Shown here piece by piece: positions 25,624 through 29,364 of a stretch of 29,364 bases of DNA (position 1 is the stretch's first letter; each line of letters starts with the position of its first letter). The notes under the pieces were generated by a model, which was not told the DNA's origin, searched no databases, and saw nothing but the letters and a program-made list of their open reading frames with translations. Source of the stretch: a virus (Duplodnaviria; Caudoviricetes); the IMG/VR virus record IMGVR_UViG_3300009435_000037, positions 1-29,364 of that record; one strand, written 5' to 3'. Both the position numbers and the translations under genes were made by a program.

Positions 25624-27321
25624 ATGAATATTGATACACTAGTTAAGAGTTTTTACTCTGATAAAGATGAAACCGAAAGTCTTATTAATGAGGTACTAAG
25701 TTTCTTAGTTGGAGAGACTAAACCAGTAATTACTGAACAAACGGAAGGAGACAGATCTTTAACAATTGATCTGATTCCATCGCCGCCTGTTAGTGAACTA
25801 GGTTGGGGCGCCCTAAAAACTCCCGAGGAGGGGGGCACTCCGGTTGATCCAAAGTCGCGCCGCGCCCTAGCTCAGTATCTCAAGAATATTCCCGGTGTAG
25901 ACATTAAAGCCAAACTAGCAGAACTAAATAAGGCTATGGATACCGAATATAAGCCAACCGGCAAGACGGCAGCGGAACAGTTGCAGCAGATTATTTCTTA
26001 TTTAGTCTTCTATAAGACATTAACTCAGGTTATAACTAATTTTAATGCCTCAGCTGCCGGTTTTGCATTTGAGTCGTTTTTGGCTGTCCTTCTAGATGCT
26101 AAGGGTGGCAAGCAGGTTCCAGCAAGCGCCGGCGCCACTATCGCTGATATTGTCTTAACTTCTAAAGATAACTTGCCCATTTCTTTGAAGCTCTACAAAG
26201 AAGGACAACTTAAAGTTGGAGGTTCATATAAACAGTTGGTCGATGATCTTACGGGCGAATACCCACTTATGCAATATATTGCAGTTACAAAAGACATATC
26301 TGGAGAAGGACCAACGGCGCAGGGTTTGCTCAACTTTTACGGATTCAATTTTACGAAGGATAACTTTCTAGAGATTCTTGCTAAGAGAGCAAAAGAGCTT
26401 AATCTAATGCAAATTCCTGGAATGTTTTTTAAACCCGTAGAAGAACTGGAAGACGAACTCAAACAGGGTGGTCTCCAACAGCTTCTAACTATCCCTGGAC
26501 GTAGCGAAGTGAATGTTCAACCAATCGCAGAAGATTATCTGAACAGAACTATAGCCTCCGTAGAAAGTGCGTTTGGCAAAGATATTGCAGAACAGTACAA
26601 AGAAGCTTTCGATGCTTATGTAGACGTGAATACCGGAGATTATAAGCTCACCAAGGGACAGTTTTCTGCTACCCCTGCCTTTAAGGGCAGCGCCAACTTA
26701 GTGAAACAGATAGAACTAGAAAAGTCCCAACGCAGCCAACTGTTACAATTGTTACGAAATGAGTACGAAAAGTCCAGAAAGGCTAGGAGCAAGAAAGCTA
26801 AAGGCGGCTCAGCACGAAGAGATAAGATCAAGGATTTAGGGTACCGCAGCCCGCGCACATCTTACAAGCGCCTCCTTAAGCTTCAAAAAGAAGCTAGCCC
26901 AGAGTTATTTGAGGCCGCAATGAAGAGTACGATTGGTTACATCACCAATAAACAGTTCGAGCTTTCAAAGGGAGATCTTCTTAAGATGGGAGAGATTGAA
27001 AATAAAGATAACCTTTACCCGTATGGAACATTTGAACTCGGCAATTTAAGAGTTGGGTCTCAAAACATTCAAAACATTTTAGATAACTCAGTTAATGAGT
27101 TCAATGAGAAAGTGTTTACTATTTTTAACGATCTCAAGACTTTATCATCTAGTCTCAATGGATATGTATCTGGAGGACTTCAAGACGATAATCTGGCAGA
27201 TACTGCAAAGTCCTCCGCTGAAGATATTGCTAGCGGTACAGAAGAAGTGGCGTCGACCAAAGACACTGACTCCCGCGACCCCGCTGCCGGTCTTGGTGGC
27301 GCAAAACAATGGGAAGAATAA
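25624..27321 (+). CDS. Large hypothetical protein (565 aa), possible PD-(D/E)xK-like core
   Basis: GAGGA RBS; AGFAFESFLAVL...IADIV...ISLK pattern; preceded by CTAATTA (25594-25600). Confidence 0.7.
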   Translation: MNIDTLVKSFYSDKDETESLINEVLSFLVGETKPVITEQTEGDRSLTIDLIPSPPVSELGWGALKTPEEGGTPVDPKSRRALAQYLKNIPGVDIKAKLAELNKAMDTEYKPTGKTAAEQLQQIISYLVFYKTLTQVITNFNASAAGFAFESFLAVLLDAKGGKQVPASAGATIADIVLTSKDNLPISLKLYKEGQLKVGGSYKQLVDDLTGEYPLMQYIAVTKDISGEGPTAQGLLNFYGFNFTKDNFLEILAKRAKELNLMQIPGMFFKPVEELEDELKQGGLQQLLTIPGRSEVNVQPIAEDYLNRTIASVESAFGKDIAEQYKEAFDAYVDVNTGDYKLTKGQFSATPAFKGSANLVKQIELEKSQRSQLLQLLRNEYEKSRKARSKKAKGGSARRDKIKDLGYRSPRTSYKRLLKLQKEASPELFEAAMKSTIGYITNKQFELSKGDLLKMGEIENKDNLYPYGTFELGNLRVGSQNIQNILDNSVNEFNEKVFTIFNDLKTLSSSLNGYVSGGLQDDNLADTAKSSAEDIASGTEEVASTKDTDSRDPAAGLGGAKQWEE

Positions 27322-27328
27322 AAATAAC

Positions 27329-27356
27329 TTGACATCTCAAACATCTGTGTTATAAT
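27329..27356 (+). promoter_or_regulatory. Consensus sigma70 promoter for groEL
   Basis: TTGACA (27329-27334), 16 nt, TGt-TATAAT (27351-27356). Confidence 0.85.
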
Positions 27357-27381
27357 ACTAAAATAAGAAAGCGAGGTATTT

Positions 27382-28956
27382 ATGCCCAAGTGTGTATTCA
27401 ATGACCGCCAGAGTTTAAGCCAAAAGGTTCTGGACGGTGTTAACAAGTTAGCAGATAATGTTTCAGCAACATTAGGACCGAAGGGTCGCAATGTTATTTT
27501 ACATCAAAAAGGAAAGGATCCTATCATCACCAAGGATGGTGTGACGGTTTCAGAGTTCGTTCATCTAACTGATGAGTTTGAGAACGCAGCAGCACAGATT
27601 GTTAAGCAGGCAACATCCCAAACCAACACAATGGCTGGCGATGGAACCACAACTGCGACAGTGCTTGCCCGGGCAATCTTAAATAAGGCACAGAGATACA
27701 TTACTGCTGGTGCTTCACCAGTAGAACTTAAGCGAGGCATTGACTTGGCTGTAGAAACTTTAGTTAGGGAACTACAAAGCGAAGCCCAACATATCGAGAC
27801 TCTTGATGATGTTGAGAACATTGCTACTATCTCTGCGAACAATGATAGAACAATTGGTAAGTTGATTACTACTGCTGTTGATAAGGCAGGCAAGGATGGC
27901 TCTATTACGATTGAAGACGCAAAGTCAGTTGAGACTTCTTTGGATGTTATTGAAGGCTTTAGAGTTGAATCTGGCTATGCTGCGTCAGCATTTGTAACTG
28001 ATGAGCGCAGAGGTGCGTGTCATTATGATTCTCCTCTCTTGCTAATAACTGATAACCGAATTGAATCAGTAGATCAGATACTTCCTGCTCTTGAGATCGT
28101 TTCCCGTGATGGAAGACCGCTTATCATTGTAGCAGAAGAGATCGAAGGTCAAGCATTGGCTGCGCTCATTATGAATACCGTTCGCGGAACAATGAAGATT
28201 GCTGCTATTAAGGCTCCCTTCTATGGAGAGAGGCGTCGTAATATCCTAACCGACCTAGCACTCTCAACCGGCGCAGAGTTCATCTCTACGGACGGCACAG
28301 CGAGCCTTAAAAACATTAAGTTGCAACACTTTGGACAGTGCCGTTCGATCGATATCACAAAGTCAAACACAACTGTTATTGGTGGTAAGGGAAACTTTGA
28401 TGAGATTGATAGAAGGATTGAACTTCTTAAGACCGAACTTGTACAGACAGACGATATACTTGAATGCGACAAGATCCAAGAGCGCATCACAAAGTTGGCG
28501 TCAGGTGTCGCAGTCATTAGAGTAGGTGCTCCAACAGAAGTTGAGATGATTGAGAAGAAGCATCGCATTGAAGATGCCCTAGAAGCAGTTAAATCAGCAC
28601 AGCAAGAGGGAGTTGTCCCCGGTGGTGGTGTTGCTTTGGTCCGCGCATCAAGCAAGCTTTCTACTGTAAACACAGAGAACGAAGATCAAGCGTTTGGTGT
28701 AGAAATCGTTCGTGAAGCCATTAAAGCACCACTACGCCAGATGGCTTTGAACTGTGGATTATCCGCTGATCTTGTTCTATCACAAGTTGAGAACGCTGAG
28801 GGCAACTATGGTTATAACTTCCGCACAGATGAGATGGTAGATATGCTTGAAGAGGGAGTCATTGATCCAGTTAAGGTTACGAGAACAGCGTTACAAAACG
28901 CAGCATCAGCCGCTGGAACTTTGATCACAACTTCTCACGCCATTGTGGAGGTATAG
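27382..28956 (+). CDS. groEL: Chaperonin GroEL (no GGM tail)
   Basis: TLGPKGRNV, ITKDGVTV, AGDGTTTATVLA, KAPFYGERR, EDALEA, GVVPGGG, GVIDPVKVTR. Confidence 0.96.
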   Translation: MPKCVFNDRQSLSQKVLDGVNKLADNVSATLGPKGRNVILHQKGKDPIITKDGVTVSEFVHLTDEFENAAAQIVKQATSQTNTMAGDGTTTATVLARAILNKAQRYITAGASPVELKRGIDLAVETLVRELQSEAQHIETLDDVENIATISANNDRTIGKLITTAVDKAGKDGSITIEDAKSVETSLDVIEGFRVESGYAASAFVTDERRGACHYDSPLLLITDNRIESVDQILPALEIVSRDGRPLIIVAEEIEGQALAALIMNTVRGTMKIAAIKAPFYGERRRNILTDLALSTGAEFISTDGTASLKNIKLQHFGQCRSIDITKSNTTVIGGKGNFDEIDRRIELLKTELVQTDDILECDKIQERITKLASGVAVIRVGAPTEVEMIEKKHRIEDALEAVKSAQQEGVVPGGGVALVRASSKLSTVNTENEDQAFGVEIVREAIKAPLRQMALNCGLSADLVLSQVENAEGNYGYNFRTDEMVDMLEEGVIDPVKVTRTALQNAASAAGTLITTSHAIVEV

Positions 28957-28985
28957 TCCTATTTAGTTGTGCCTGGAGGTAGACT

Positions 28986-29270
28986 ATGATGAACGACGAA
29001 GAACAGCAAAAACTAACAGTTATGTTGGTTGAGATGTCAAGTAAGATTGAGATTTTACTTGACAAACAAGAAGAACTAGCGGATAATATTAGTAAGATCA
29101 AAGAAGCAGTCTATAACCCAGACTCAGGATTATATGCTAGACTTAAAAATCTAGATACCCGCATTCAACACATTGAGAGTTGGCAAAGCACAAACTCAAG
29201 AATAATGTGGCTTGTTGGAGGATCCGTAGCAGGTCTATTAGTTAAAGCCGTTTGGACGGTTCTATTTTAG
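28986..29270 (+). CDS. Coiled-coil protein with C-terminal TM helix (holin/XhlA-like architecture)
   Basis: GGAGG RBS; heptad-like region then IMWLVGGSVAGLLVKAVWTVLF; CTATTTA at 28959-28965 upstream. Confidence 0.6.
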   Translation: MMNDEEQQKLTVMLVEMSSKIEILLDKQEELADNISKIKEAVYNPDSGLYARLKNLDTRIQHIESWQSTNSRIMWLVGGSVAGLLVKAVWTVLF

Positions 29271-29281
29271 GAGTTAAAGAA

Positions 29282-29364
29282 ATGAGAGTAAAGTTAGCAT
29301 ATACAGTAGAAGAAGAAGACATTCTAAAAGAAACAGCAAAGATACTTGGATTATCACAGGATGA
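29282..29364 (+). CDS. Start of a hypothetical protein, 3'-truncated
   Basis: AGGAG RBS then MRVKLAYTVEEEDILKETAKILGLSQD, open to the window end. Confidence 0.6.
   Translation, partial: MRVKLAYTVEEEDILKETAKILGLSQD

Noticed and set aside
1033-28673. All minus-strand ORFs and nested alternative-frame plus-strand ORFs in the track
   Set aside because: They lie entirely or largely within well-supported + strand genes, lack motifs, and often just mirror low-complexity sequence (e.g. Ser-rich 1033..1308 and 24051..24416).
1-29364. tRNA/rRNA genes or stop-codon reassignment
   Set aside because: Intergenic gaps are too short and show no cloverleaf, and conserved genes are full length under the standard code with TAA, TAG and TGA all used as stops.

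Overview
A 29.4-kb, gene-dense segment with every credible gene on the + strand, most likely from a large tailed phage (inference from gene content). It carries replication and recombination genes (RecA/UvsX, 5'-3' exonuclease, DnaB/gp41-type helicase, family C polymerase DnaE) and nucleotide metabolism genes (class II NrdJ, PurA, dUTPase, ThyX, IMPDH/GMP reductase). It also encodes GroEL, a GroES-like protein, two ClpP paralogues, two adenine methyltransferases and a probable restriction endonuclease. Seven sigma70-type promoters (TTGAC[A/T]-16/17 nt-TAnnnT) are visible, and a recurring CTA[T/A]TTA motif (candidate late promoter) precedes 'islands' of unknown genes. The most striking element is a tandem array of seven short genes (7739-10144). 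Six begin with a near-identical 16-aa leader (MKLTKARLxQIIKEEI) and one with a related leader, each fused to an unrelated C-terminal cargo. The leader varies mostly at synonymous sites and ends in an I/L-K-E motif, which suggests a capsid-targeting, protease-cleaved 'address tag + variable payload' system. A second small cassette cluster joined by repeated RBS/stop-start junctions lies at 20572-21299. All family assignments come from motif recognition by eye; no searches were run.
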